The notes: generated from the sequence alone by a model not told the origin. A stretch of DNA of 64,000 bases from a virus (IMGVR_UViG_3300028591_000113:46087-110086); one strand, 5' to 3'; counted from the first letter of the stretch, positions 18,061 to 27,256 are shown. A program made the numbers and translations.

Positions 18061-18102
18061 GGACATAAAAACTTACTTAAAGTGCAGTAAAATGCACGTT
18101 AT

Positions 18103-18177
18103 GGTCAGGTAACTTATATGGTAGAGTGAAGGTCTGAAAAACCTTAGAAGTGGATCCGAGCGCCACCCTGACCACCA
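18103..18177 (+). tRNA. tRNA-Phe (GAA)
   Basis: Acceptor GGTCAGG/CCTGACC perfect, anticodon stem AAGGT/ACCTT loop CTGAAAA. Confidence 0.75.
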
Positions 18178-18182
18178 AATAT

Positions 18183-18271
18183 GCACCTGTGGTGAAATTG
18201 GTAGACACGCCACTTTGAGGGGGTGGTGTCCGTACAAGGACGTGCGAGTTCGAATCTCGCGAGGTGCACCA
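18183..18271 (+). tRNA. tRNA-Leu (GAG), class II
   Basis: 89 nt, anticodon stem CCACT/GGTGG loop TTGAGGG (G37), variable-arm hairpin GTCC..GGAC, T-stem GCGAG/CTCGC. Confidence 0.7.
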
Positions 18272-18395
18272 GATAATTAATTACACTCCGAGACAGAAAC
18301 ACTCATTCAAGTTTCCAGCAACTTATGAGAGCGCATCCGAGAAGAGATTTCGTAGCTTACAATAAAAGGAAGCCAAAGGGAGTAGGTCGCGGAGT

Positions 18396-18860
18396 GTGAT
18401 AATAAATGAAAGGAAACTAATGAAGTATTTTATTTCTTACTTTGCGCGATTAAAGGACTTCACATCTAATATGTTGCCCGTTTCGACCGCAGCATTTGAG
18501 CAGGCTTGGTTCAGAGGTAAGGTAGAACATATACCTGAATTAACACCTCCTACCAAGATTATGGTTGAACTTGAGGCTACTAATCAGATGTGCCGTAAAA
18601 ACTGTCCATTTCATGCACCGTGCGCGTTTATGGACAAGTATAAGGAATATCTTGACTCATTAGATTTTGATAAAGTGATTACAAAGTTAGAATTATTAAC
18701 TTTGAAACACCCAACCGTTGATACTATTGTATTGATGGTTTATGAAAAATATGATGTTCCTTGCGCTGAAAGACCTTGCTTACAAGCGTGGTTTAAAGAG
18801 CATGGAATAGAACTAAAAGAGTGGAATAAGCCGCAAATTAAGAAAACAGAATTGTTTTAG
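18396..18860 (+). CDS. hypothetical protein (154 aa)
   Basis: ORF, TAG stop. Confidence 0.55.
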   Translation: MIINERKLMKYFISYFARLKDFTSNMLPVSTAAFEQAWFRGKVEHIPELTPPTKIMVELEATNQMCRKNCPFHAPCAFMDKYKEYLDSLDFDKVITKLELLTLKHPTVDTIVLMVYEKYDVPCAERPCLQAWFKEHGIELKEWNKPQIKKTELF

Positions 18861-18871
18861 AAAGGATTGTT

Positions 18872-19210
18872 ATGGGTTTTTACGAAGAACATGATGAAGA
18901 TGTCAATCATTTAGCAGATAAGAATAAATTATCTGACGCTGAAAAAATTAAGATGTGCGAGATTCTTATGGATACTTGCGCAGCCTATGACATTCCACTC
19001 AATAGCATTGAAGATGCGCAGAACTTCTGGGAACTAATCAGATATGGTTATACCCACGTTGAACGTGAAGAACAAGCCGCTCTTTATCGCTTTATTAATA
19101 CTCATTATCCACAATTATTCGCAGAGATGGACGAATGTTATGAAAACTTAAAAAAGACATATCCATTGGCTGCGGCAAGTGGAGTTTACGATTATAAGAA
19201 AAACAGATAA
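18872..19210 (+). CDS. hypothetical protein (112 aa)
   Basis: ORF. Confidence 0.55.
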   Translation: MGFYEEHDEDVNHLADKNKLSDAEKIKMCEILMDTCAAYDIPLNSIEDAQNFWELIRYGYTHVEREEQAALYRFINTHYPQLFAEMDECYENLKKTYPLAAASGVYDYKKNR

Positions 19211-19288
19211 TGCTCAGGTACTCGAACTGGTATAGAATGCTGGCTTAGAATCAGTAGTTTGTGGGTTCGAATCCCACCCTGAGCACCA
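19211..19288 (+). tRNA. class-I tRNA with anticodon TAG (Leu codon CUA/CUG), weak D-stem
   Basis: Acceptor GCTCAGG/CCTGAGC perfect, anticodon stem GCTGG/TCAGT loop CTTAGAA, T-arm GTGGG-TTCGAAT-CCCAC; 78 nt with 5-6 nt variable loop. Confidence 0.55.
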
Positions 19289-19310
19289 AACCAGAACAAG
19301 GAGAACAATT

Positions 19311-19496
19311 ATGGAAAAGGTTTACTTTATTTTTGATGATAGAATTTATTGCGGCGCAATCATGGATAAGAAAAGCGATGGTTGGATTGTCGCAGCAGGT
19401 AATGAAGTTATGTGGTTACCTATTACAGAACCACGCTTCAAATCATTAAATGAAGCACTTAGTTATAAATGTGGCGGAGTTTTAACACCACAATAA
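19311..19496 (+). CDS. small hypothetical protein (61 aa)
   Basis: ORF with AAGGAG RBS. Confidence 0.5.
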   Translation: MEKVYFIFDDRIYCGAIMDKKSDGWIVAAGNEVMWLPITEPRFKSLNEALSYKCGGVLTPQ

Positions 19497-19497
19497 T

Positions 19498-19572
19498 ACT
19501 CCTATAGCACAACGGTAATGCAACTGACTCTTAATCAGTGGAGTGAAGGTTCGAATCCTTCTGGGAGTACCA
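19498..19572 (+). tRNA. tRNA-Lys (CTT)
   Basis: Anticodon stem ACTGA/TCAGT loop CTCTTAA, T-arm GAAGG-TTCGAAT-CCTTC. Confidence 0.75.
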
Positions 19573-19576
19573 AAAT

Positions 19577-19656
19577 GCGCCCGTAGCTCAGCTGGTTTTT
19601 AGAGCATCTGACTTTTAATCAGGGGGTCGAAGGTTCGAATCCTTCCGGGCGCACCA
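19577..19656 (+). tRNA. tRNA-Lys (TTT)
   Basis: Acceptor GCGCCCG/CGGGCGC perfect, D-arm GCTC..GAGC, anticodon loop CTTTTAA. Confidence 0.8.
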
Positions 19657-19743
19657 ATTAATTTAATATGGCCCACGGGGTTTCCGGACGGTCCGTGAAA
19701 GCTTAACCTTTACGGAGGCATAAGAAAGGCAGAATTATAATTT

Positions 19744-20052
19744 ATGAGCAGAAGTTATAGAAAATCACCAGTTATTAAAGACAATGGCAAAGGCAAGAAA
19801 AAGCAAAAAGCAATCGCTAATAGAGTAGTCAGAAGAAAATTAAAAAATCCTGATTATGTTGTTCCTAATGGCGGTTCTTATACCAAGGAATACGAATCTT
19901 GGAGAATTGCTGATTATACTTCCAGATGCACTGAAGAAGAAGCCAAAGAAATGTGGCATCGTTCAATGAGAAAATATCCTTGGTTTAAAGAACACTACCC
20001 AACATTAGAATCTTATATGATTTGGTGGAAGAAAACTTATAGGAGCAAGTAG
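19744..20052 (+). CDS. basic hypothetical protein (102 aa)
   Basis: ORF. Confidence 0.55.
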   Translation: MSRSYRKSPVIKDNGKGKKKQKAIANRVVRRKLKNPDYVVPNGGSYTKEYESWRIADYTSRCTEEEAKEMWHRSMRKYPWFKEHYPTLESYMIWWKKTYRSK

Positions 20053-20053
20053 T

Positions 20054-20263
20054 ATGAAATTAACATATACAATTCAATGGACGGATCCAGTTAAACAAAA
20101 TATGCCATTCTTGAAAATTGATGGTGATGATAATATAGCATTATATATTGCCAAAAAGAAATTAGATGAAGGTATGGAAAATGTAGTCATCAGACTTAAT
20201 AAAGCCGTCGAAGGCAAAGAAGATGAGCATTATCCTGCCGTTGATAATGGAGACGTGGAGTAA
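20054..20263 (+). CDS. small hypothetical protein (69 aa)
   Basis: ORF; 3-prime end overlapped by tRNA-Ser(GCT). Confidence 0.5.
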   Translation: MKLTYTIQWTDPVKQNMPFLKIDGDDNIALYIAKKKLDEGMENVVIRLNKAVEGKEDEHYPAVDNGDVE

Positions 20264-20336
20264 TAGGTATCTCAAGAGATTGCTAATCTCTCCAACCTCC
20301 TGGGTTGTCCGGGTTCGAGTCCCGGCGCCTCCGCCA
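20249..20336 (+). tRNA. tRNA-Ser (GCT), class II, 5-prime end overlapping last 5 codons of upstream CDS
   Basis: Acceptor GGAGACG/CGCCTCC (6/7 bp), anticodon stem AGAGA/TCTCT loop TTGCTAA, variable-arm hairpin CAACC..GGTTG, T-arm CCGGG-TTCGAGT-CCCGG. Confidence 0.55.
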
Positions 20337-20339
20337 GAT

Positions 20340-20430
20340 GCGGGCTTAGTTATAAATGGTAAAACTTGTGTTGAAAAAGGAAGAAAACACTAACTGTCCT
20401 TGTTGCGGGTTCAACTCCCGTAGTCCGCTC
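20340..20430 (+). other. tRNA-like element (acceptor GCGGGCT/AGTCCGC, T-arm GCGGG-TTCAACT-CCCGT, no CCA) with unresolved anticodon arm; possible atypical or degenerate tRNA
   Basis: Clear acceptor and T-arm pairing about 91 nt apart; no 7-nt anticodon loop could be placed. Confidence 0.3.
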
Positions 20431-20593
20431 TTTACGTTCTTTTCAGGTTTATGCCATATCTGTAATCAGAAAGGCATACGAGGCTGCTATCGTGAATCGT
20501 AGCTTGGATCAGCGGCGAAGATCCGCTGGCGAGTGATTCTTGCCTAATCCGGCTCGGTCAAGTCGTTAGTAAGTGATTCTTACATGACCATAT

Positions 20594-20683
20594 AGAAGTG
20601 TGAGTGAGTCCGGTTTAAACTACTGGTCTAGAAAACCAGCGAACAGCAATGTTCCGTGGGTTCAAATCCCACCGCTTCTGCCA
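20594..20683 (+). tRNA. tRNA-Ser (AGA), class II, A34
   Basis: Acceptor AGAAGTG/CGCTTCT, anticodon stem CTGGT/ACCAG loop CTAGAAA, variable-arm hairpin GAAC..GTTC, T-stem GTGGG/CCCAC. Confidence 0.55.
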
Positions 20684-20699
20684 AAATTACAAACTACCT

Positions 20700-20786
20700 G
20701 GAGAGCTGTGATAACTGGTAGTCGGGCGGTCTTGAAAACCGTTGTACATTAATGTATTTAGGGTTCGAGTCCCTAGCTCTCCGCCA
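20700..20786 (+). tRNA. tRNA-Ser (TGA), class II
   Basis: Acceptor GGAGAGC/GCTCTCC perfect, anticodon stem GCGGT/ACCGT loop CTTGAAA, variable hairpin GTACAT..ATGTAT, T-arm TAGGG-TTCGAGT-CCCTA. Confidence 0.75.
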
Positions 20787-20790
20787 ATAT

Positions 20791-20868
20791 ACCCTCTTAG
20801 CTCAACTGGATTAGAGCACTTGGCTACGAACCAAGAGGTTGCGCGTTCGAATCGTGCAGAGGGTGCCA
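20791..20868 (+). tRNA. tRNA-Arg (ACG)
   Basis: Acceptor ACCCTCT/AGAGGGT perfect, anticodon stem CTTGG/CCAAG loop CTACGAA. Confidence 0.8.
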
Positions 20869-20871
20869 GAT

Positions 20872-20948
20872 ACCCACATAGCTCAACTGGACAGAGCAAT
20901 GGATTTCTAATCCATCGGTTGAGGGTTCGAGTCCTTCTGTGGGTGCCA
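20872..20948 (+). tRNA. tRNA-Arg (TCT)
   Basis: Acceptor ACCCACA/TGTGGGT perfect, anticodon stem ATGGA/TCCAT loop TTTCTAA. Confidence 0.8.
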
Positions 20949-20974
20949 AATTGTCATTAACAGGAGGTAAAGAT

Positions 20975-21154
20975 ATGCCAAATCAATTATATATGGATAT
21001 GCGCACACATCGTGTAGTTCGCATAGTAAGACAACTCAATAAGACTACATATGAAGTAAGAATTTTCGATAGCAATAGTCGTTATATTGTAGATAAAGAA
21101 TGTTTACGTCCTGTTGAATTTTATAGCAAAAAGAGTGAAAAAGATGTCGCCTAA
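20975..21154 (+). CDS. small hypothetical protein
   Basis: ATG with GGAGGT RBS (inside longer standard-code ORF 20939-21154 that overlaps tRNA). Confidence 0.45.
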   Translation: MPNQLYMDMRTHRVVRIVRQLNKTTYEVRIFDSNSRYIVDKECLRPVEFYSKKSEKDVA

Positions 21155-21192
21155 GACATCTTTTTATTATATACTATATATAGGGAAATAAT

Positions 21193-21801
21193 ATGATTAC
21201 AGTTGAACAATGGGATAGTTTATATAGTCGTAACTTCGCATGGGTTACAAGAAGTTTAAAAGCCTGCTTGAATGAAAAAGCATTAGAATGGGTTGATGCC
21301 TTGCGTCTTTTTTACGACTTTGAAAATGAATTATTTAATACATATGAAATTCTCAATGAAGAAAATTATGTTTTAGGTTTAGAATTAACAGCAGAGCAAT
21401 TATTTGAAATTGCGCATAAATATATCAATAAAAGCACCGTTCACACGGTTAGATATTTTATCTTTAAATGGTGGAACGATTTAAGATATTATGTAGATGG
21501 TGCCCAACCAAACTTAGATAGTCCTTGGGAACTCTATCAAACTGCGACTGCAGAAGAGACTATGTATGCTAGACAATATTTTAGTGTTGTAACTGAAAAT
21601 TTTCGTGGAGAGCAACATACTCACTTTCATACTTTTAAAGATAATGGTCCTGTTTTGGTTTATCGTGGTATTAGATTTCCTATTGATGATGAGTGGGGAA
21701 ACGCTTGGGCTTTAGATAAGAATGGAAATCCAAGAAGCTTTTCATTAGAGTGGGATTGGTGGTATCCAATCGACGAATATCTCGACCTTTATAATATATA
21801 A
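21193..21801 (+). CDS. hypothetical protein (202 aa)
   Basis: ORF. Confidence 0.6.
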   Translation: MITVEQWDSLYSRNFAWVTRSLKACLNEKALEWVDALRLFYDFENELFNTYEILNEENYVLGLELTAEQLFEIAHKYINKSTVHTVRYFIFKWWNDLRYYVDGAQPNLDSPWELYQTATAEETMYARQYFSVVTENFRGEQHTHFHTFKDNGPVLVYRGIRFPIDDEWGNAWALDKNGNPRSFSLEWDWWYPIDEYLDLYNI

Positions 21802-21811
21802 GGAGTTATTT

Positions 21812-22300
21812 ATGACAAAGATGGCATACAATAGAAAATATAAAAGATTACGTAATAAATATAGAAAGCAACTAACTAAGCAAGCAAAAGAAGCCGCACC
21901 ATGGGATTTCGGTTTTCCTTTAGAAATGTTTGTTACTTATCTTCGTTTTATGCGCGATTACTACAAGGAAGGCTTAAATGTAGCCGATGAAAGCGAAGGC
22001 ACAGATTCGCGTTTACATACACTCAATATGGCTTTACAATTATATGAAGCATGGGATAAATGTTTTGATAATTGGTATAAGTTAGTAAAAGCAGATGAAG
22101 TTGAATGTTATAAGCAAGGTGGCTGGTATGCGCCAGCAGAAGCAGAACCTTCTGCAATATTAGATGGTCAAAACTACGTTATGATGACTAGACTTCAAAC
22201 TAAACAAGCAAATGACGAAATGTTTAATTACTATTATCGTAAAAATAGAGAGGACTTCTTTAAGTTCCTTGCGGAACATATGGAAGAATGGTGGGACTAA
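21812..22300 (+). CDS. hypothetical protein (162 aa)
   Basis: ORF with AAGGAG RBS. Confidence 0.6.
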   Translation: MTKMAYNRKYKRLRNKYRKQLTKQAKEAAPWDFGFPLEMFVTYLRFMRDYYKEGLNVADESEGTDSRLHTLNMALQLYEAWDKCFDNWYKLVKADEVECYKQGGWYAPAEAEPSAILDGQNYVMMTRLQTKQANDEMFNYYYRKNREDFFKFLAEHMEEWWD

Positions 22301-22457
22301 TGAAAAGTAGAAGAAAATCTGAGAATGTCCAACAATTTTGTTCTTCATATGACCCTAAAACAAATTATCCTTATCCTGATTGTCTTAACTGTAAATACTT
22401 CAAGCATGGTATAATTTCAGATAAATGCACGAAGTATGAAAAAGTAATTATATAGGA
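22299..22457 (+). CDS. small Cys-containing hypothetical protein (52 aa)
   Basis: ATG overlapping upstream stop; below ORF-track cutoff. Confidence 0.35.
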
Positions 22458-22469
22458 GATTAAGAACCA

Positions 22470-22682
22470 ATGGAAAAAGTATTTTATGCCGAATATGAAG
22501 GCAAACCTGTTTATAAATTAAGTGGAGACAATTACCGTGTCTGTGAGAGATGCAGAGCCAAAGGATGGCTTCTTCCACTCTGGATCAGTGATAATTGTTA
22601 TGAATATGACGGAAAAGTCTATTGTGAAGACTGTTTCCAAGAACTAATAAAAGGAGCGACAAATGAAATTATTACTAAATAA
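22470..22682 (+). CDS. small Cys-rich (CxxC x2) hypothetical protein
   Basis: ORF; CERCRAKGW...CEDC suggests zinc ribbon. Confidence 0.5.
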   Translation: MEKVFYAEYEGKPVYKLSGDNYRVCERCRAKGWLLPLWISDNCYEYDGKVYCEDCFQELIKGATNEIITK

Positions 22683-22971
22683 AACTTGGGGCGGAATTAC
22701 CCCTGAAACTGCCATGTTAAGACGCGATGAAGAACTCATCGGTTTAGTAGAACGTGGTGAATATAAAGGTCGTACAGACCGTTTTGGAAATAGAGAAGAA
22801 TTAACAGTAGTAACAATTCCTGATAATGCTACTGATTACTGCGTTGTTAATTATGATGGCGTAGAGGGCGTTTTCTATTGTGTTGGCGGACATATTAGTT
22901 TTGTCCCAGCTAGCGAAGATTGTCGTATTTTCGATGAAGTTTCTGGCTTTGTTCAAAAGAAAGACGTATAA
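22663..22971 (+). CDS. hypothetical protein (102 aa)
   Basis: ORF overlapping upstream gene by 20 nt. Confidence 0.5.
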   Translation: MKLLLNKTWGGITPETAMLRRDEELIGLVERGEYKGRTDRFGNREELTVVTIPDNATDYCVVNYDGVEGVFYCVGGHISFVPASEDCRIFDEVSGFVQKKDV

Positions 22972-23001
22972 TATATTTGTAGTTAAAAGGAGATACTAGA
23001 A

Positions 23002-23349
23002 ATGGCAGTACGTAAACCAGCACCAGCCCCACAAAAGGCTAAACTTAGAAAAAATCACGGACCAAAGAAAAAGATGTTCCATTGCTGGACATCCACAATG
23101 CGCCTTGCATTAGCTAAATGCGGTGTGTTAACTAAATATTACAATTACGAATCATTCCAAGCCTCTTGCAGTGCTCGTGGTATTCGTAGTGACACTGCGG
23201 ATTTATATGAGGAATTCATTAGACTTCCAGACCGCAAAGCACAAGATGCTTATCTCGAAAACTTAGCAGAAAATGCTAAAAAATTGGAACAAAAGAAAGC
23301 AACTAAAGCGGCAAAAATGAAGAAATTAGCCGAAAAATCTGTTGCTTAA
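23002..23349 (+). CDS. basic, Lys/Ala-rich hypothetical protein (115 aa), possibly DNA-binding
   Basis: ORF with AAGGAG RBS; KKATKAAKMKK tail. Confidence 0.55.
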   Translation: MAVRKPAPAPQKAKLRKNHGPKKKMFHCWTSTMRLALAKCGVLTKYYNYESFQASCSARGIRSDTADLYEEFIRLPDRKAQDAYLENLAENAKKLEQKKATKAAKMKKLAEKSVA

Positions 23350-23548
23350 TCGAATAAACTATTCTATAATATTATTGTTCAAAGAAAAAGAAAATAATTT
23401 TATAAATAAATTGTCCCGTTCAAGACAATAAACTGAACTTCCTCCTTTTCTTACGGGGCGCTACGGCGCCCTACCTCTATGAGATAATTACCTTGACGTG
23501 GTATAGAGGCTTTAAACGAAAAATTATCGAGTAAAAGTGAAAAAGTTC

Positions 23549-23577
23549 TTGACTTAGAGAGAATAATTTCATATAAT
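23549..23577 (+). promoter_or_regulatory. consensus sigma70 promoter TTGACT-17nt-TATAAT
   Basis: -35 at 23549-23554, -10 at 23572-23577. Confidence 0.65.
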
Positions 23578-23583
23578 AATTAT

Positions 23584-24454
23584 GCTCACAACGAAAAAGT
23601 ATTATCGAGAGATAAGAAAAAGTAGTTCGAGATACGAGAAACAGGGAAACCTGAAACTCCGCTGGCAAACGAAAATGCTGCCTTGGGCAAGCATAATGGC
23701 CCACCTTGTTCTTTGAAAATTATTTTGCAGCTTGGTGAAGATGGTCTTGCGGACCGCCAAGCAGTGACTCAAGAATGAAAGTGTCATGGGATACTGTGAC
23801 ATAAGTAAGAAACCTAGATAGTGATAGATAGGTAAACCTACTCATAAGAAAAGTAAGGATTGAGCCATGTGGGCAATATGTTAACTTGAACTCTAAACAA
23901 TACTTAAACTCGGCGGTGACAAGAGGCTACGCAGTAACAATTAAGAATGCGCCCCACCGCGAGATACTAGCGTGAGAAACTAGTATCTGGGTTCTCAAAG
24001 GAAACCGATGTCTTGATGTCTAGAAATAGACTATAACCGAGTAAAGTAGTGCGAGTAGCCGTACGACAGGAAGATAGAAAATGGCTTTAATTTGCAAGTA
24101 TGATCGCAAATCCTACACAGAATCTGAAGCTCGGTGAAAGTTGATGAGTAATGACCTCATCTTGTGTTAGTGTCTTAGGACACACTTCAGGAAGTGTAAG
24201 ATCGCAACTTACCCTCAGACCTGCGGTGCAATGTGTGAAACAAGAGTAGTTAATAAGTGTTGTATCATGAATAAAAGTGGGCAAAATGATTTTTAAAGAA
24301 CAAGGTAACTTGTTCAACTCACCTAACAATAGACCCCGTTAATAGTAAGGGATGGACCTCTGGAGCGAGAGCATTACAGGTTGAAGGTAGACGTGGCCCT
24401 TACCGATAGTGAGTTAAATATTAAGCATAGCGTGTCGAAAGGCACGCTTTTTTG
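23584..24454 (+). ncRNA. about 870-nt ORF-free GC-rich transcription unit; candidate large structured ncRNA
   Basis: Promoter upstream, terminator AGCGTG-tcgaaagg-CACGCT+T5 at 24429-24454, no plausible ORF on either strand (only spurious short ones). Confidence 0.45.
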
Positions 24455-24531
24455 TTATTCCTTTCTAATGATAATTGACTTTTAGACCATCAAACTCGAT
24501 ACTAGAAATGTATTAATGGAGGTATAAAACT

Positions 24532-24906
24532 ATGAGTGAAATTATACCTGTTGCTAAACAGAGCCCTCGTATTAAGAGTGGTGTTATCTATTGATACGTT
24601 GGAGACGCCTTCGATATTGATTGAGATATTCATTTAACAGAAGACGAAAAAGCCATCGTATTCCAACCAGGTGATAAGTTGATCTGGAACTTTTTTTCAA
24701 CTACGGATAAAAATAAGCCAGTTCATTCTTTTACTTTTGAATTTCCTGACATTGAAGATAACACAGTAACATTAAAGTTCACCAAGGAAGTCAGCAAAAA
24801 GTTTGCTATCGGTAGTTATACTTACTGCATCAAATTTGAATGCCATGATGGACGCGTTGTTACATTAAATGCTCAAAATAAACTTCAAGTAGAAGCATGT
24901 CACTAA
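24532..24906 (+). CDS. hypothetical structural-module protein (124 aa, 2 TGA-Trp)
   Basis: GGAGGT RBS; ORF intact only with TGA=Trp. Confidence 0.5.
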
Positions 24907-25496
24907 AAAATTCAATGGTCGGTGAGTTACCTAATATTAAGATAACTTCCACCGCAGATATTACTGATGAGACAATACACTCTGAAGCAACAATAAATCC
25001 ATTAGGAGTGGAAAGTTCTCCAAATATCAGTAAAGGTATTCACCCAAATACAGGTGAAGCAAGTGACCACGCTAAATTAGAACATTTAGACTATGAACAT
25101 AGCGGTCACACAGGATTTGCTAGTAGCGAAGACTTAGTAATTATCGCGCGAGCAGATGCACCACTTGGCGCATTTACACAAGAAGTAGTTAATAAATTAA
25201 GAAACAACTTCAGTGCCAATATTGAACTAAACAATCGCTTGCTCACTCTAAGCAGTAGAGCAGGAAATCAATGAACTTATACTAGCTCACCAGACGAAGG
25301 CGGCACAATGTATGTTATGACCGTCAATATGTTAAATGGTAGTTATCAAAGTTCAGCAATAAACCCAGCAAGAAGTGAATTAAATGCTCACGTACAAAAT
25401 ACAGATGTCCACATACAGGCTGGGGAAAGAAAATCTTGGAATGACAAGGTTTCTGCAAAAGTCATTGTGGACGAAGAAAAACTTAAGTTTTTCTAG
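24897..25496 (+). CDS. hypothetical protein (199 aa, 1 TGA-Trp)
   Basis: ORF continuous through TGA at 25271. Confidence 0.5.
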
Positions 25497-25509
25497 GAGA
25501 GGTTAAAAT

Positions 25510-26721
25510 ATGCCAACTAATTATATTAGCAAAATTGAAATCGATGGCGTTGAGTATGAGATTAAGGATACTGTTGCTCGTCAAGGTGGCATTAAATTCA
25601 TTTTATCAACTAACGCCGCAACTACACCTATTGGTGTTCAATGGAAGAGCGGAGACGTCGTTATTACAGGTACTCTTGCTGCCGCAGATGCAGATAAAAC
25701 TGCTTTCTATTTAGTCCCATTAGAGGACCCAGAAACATCTAACAACTATCGTGAATATATCGCCGCAAACACTGGCTCTGGCTATGTTTGGGAATGTTTA
25801 GGAACAACATCAATTGACCTTTCAGATGTCGTTACAAACGTTACATTACAAAAAGGTTTAGGAGATAAAGTATTAGGTGTTGATACGCCATTTACAAATT
25901 CTTCTTCTGCTGTTTCTTTCAACGGCGGAGCAAGTGACACATTCGTTAAATCATACCCAGGCACAAAAAGTAAACTTGAAACAACACAAATTAAAGGTGT
26001 TGGTGCGGACGAAACTGTTAATGTAGTTAAAACCGCAACATCGAAGACAGCAACAAATACGGTTTTTGGAACTGCGACAGAAGCAAGTAAGATTACTACT
26101 GAAAATAAAACTGCTACAAATACAACCTTTGGTACTGATGAAACAGTTAATAAGGTTAGCGCTGGAACCGCAGTCGATGTCGCAACTACAGATACCCCGG
26201 TTACACAAGTTATGACTGGTGATATTAGTGAAGTCTTTACAAATGCGACAGTAGAAAATGAAGTATTAAGATTTACTAAATCTGTTGTCACCAAAAAGTC
26301 TATTACACCTGCGAAAGCAAACGGTTCTATTACTCCGGTTAACATCGGCGCGCAAGTTACAGTCCCACAAGTCGAAAGCAATAGCCAAGTTAATGTTTCA
26401 AGCGTTAAAACCAATGATAGCGTTACTGTTCCAGTCGTTCAAAGCAATGAACAAGTCACTTCAACTGAAGTTATTACTGAATCTAAGACTCTTGCAACAA
26501 GTGCGGCTTCATCTACAGTCGTTGCTACTGGTTCATTAGATGCCAATGATACTACTGGTGCTGAAGTTATGACAGGTCTTGGTAATGCGCAAACAGGAAC
26601 TGCGATTACTGATGTTGGTACTGCTACAGCGGCTGCACAAACAATTACAGTCGGTGATACTGACCAAGTTGATGTTGCCAAATACAACGACTTATCACTT
26701 ACAGTTACTAAGGGTAATTAA
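25510..26721 (+). CDS. Thr/Val/Ser-rich repetitive virion structural protein (fibre/major structural candidate)
   Basis: 403-aa ORF, GGAGAGG RBS, repetitive T/V/S composition, followed by terminator 26733-26766. Confidence 0.6.
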   Translation: MPTNYISKIEIDGVEYEIKDTVARQGGIKFILSTNAATTPIGVQWKSGDVVITGTLAAADADKTAFYLVPLEDPETSNNYREYIAANTGSGYVWECLGTTSIDLSDVVTNVTLQKGLGDKVLGVDTPFTNSSSAVSFNGGASDTFVKSYPGTKSKLETTQIKGVGADETVNVVKTATSKTATNTVFGTATEASKITTENKTATNTTFGTDETVNKVSAGTAVDVATTDTPVTQVMTGDISEVFTNATVENEVLRFTKSVVTKKSITPAKANGSITPVNIGAQVTVPQVESNSQVNVSSVKTNDSVTVPVVQSNEQVTSTEVITESKTLATSAASSTVVATGSLDANDTTGAEVMTGLGNAQTGTAITDVGTATAAAQTITVGDTDQVDVAKYNDLSLTVTKGN

Positions 26722-26830
26722 TAGAAAAACTAATAAGTCCAAACTAAGGTTTGGACTTTTATTTTGGAAAAACTTGCTTTTCTAATTTCTGTCTTTTATA
26801 CTATTTATGTATGTATACGGAGGTATAATT

Positions 26831-27256
26831 ATGCCAAGACCAAGTAACTCTATTGGCTATCTTCAAATAGACAACACACAAAGTGAAATTATACCACATA
26901 AGATGACAGATGGCACAAATACTGCTGCCATTCCTGCCCTTGATGGCGACTGTCTTATCGCATTAATTGTCCCTGAAGTCACAGGCGTTGCGGCCGCAAG
27001 TGTCGCATTAGACCCTTACAAATATTACGACTTCGGTGTTTTAAACATGTCTATGACATTGACATTAAACGCCCCACAAGCATTAACTGGCTATTGTAAA
27101 GAATATCATTTTAAGTTTACTGCCGCAAGTGGCGCCGCAATAACATTACCTAGTGGAGCATTATATGCTGGCGGATCTGCACCAACATTGGTTACAGGTC
27201 ATACTTACGAATATAGTATTGTAAATAATTTAGTTGCTGTGGGAGAATTCTTCTAA
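26831..27256 (+). CDS. hypothetical structural protein (141 aa)
   Basis: ATG with GGAGGT RBS. Confidence 0.5.
   Translation: MPRPSNSIGYLQIDNTQSEIIPHKMTDGTNTAAIPALDGDCLIALIVPEVTGVAAASVALDPYKYYDFGVLNMSMTLTLNAPQALTGYCKEYHFKFTAASGAAITLPSGALYAGGSAPTLVTGHTYEYSIVNNLVAVGEFF

Noticed and set aside
25782-26687. Minus-strand and alternate-frame ORFs (25782-26414-, 25951-26208-, 26285-26539+, 26439-26687-) inside the 25510-26721 structural gene
   Set aside because: They are generated by the repetitive Thr/Val/Ser codon composition of the real plus-strand gene. There is no RBS and they are fully embedded.
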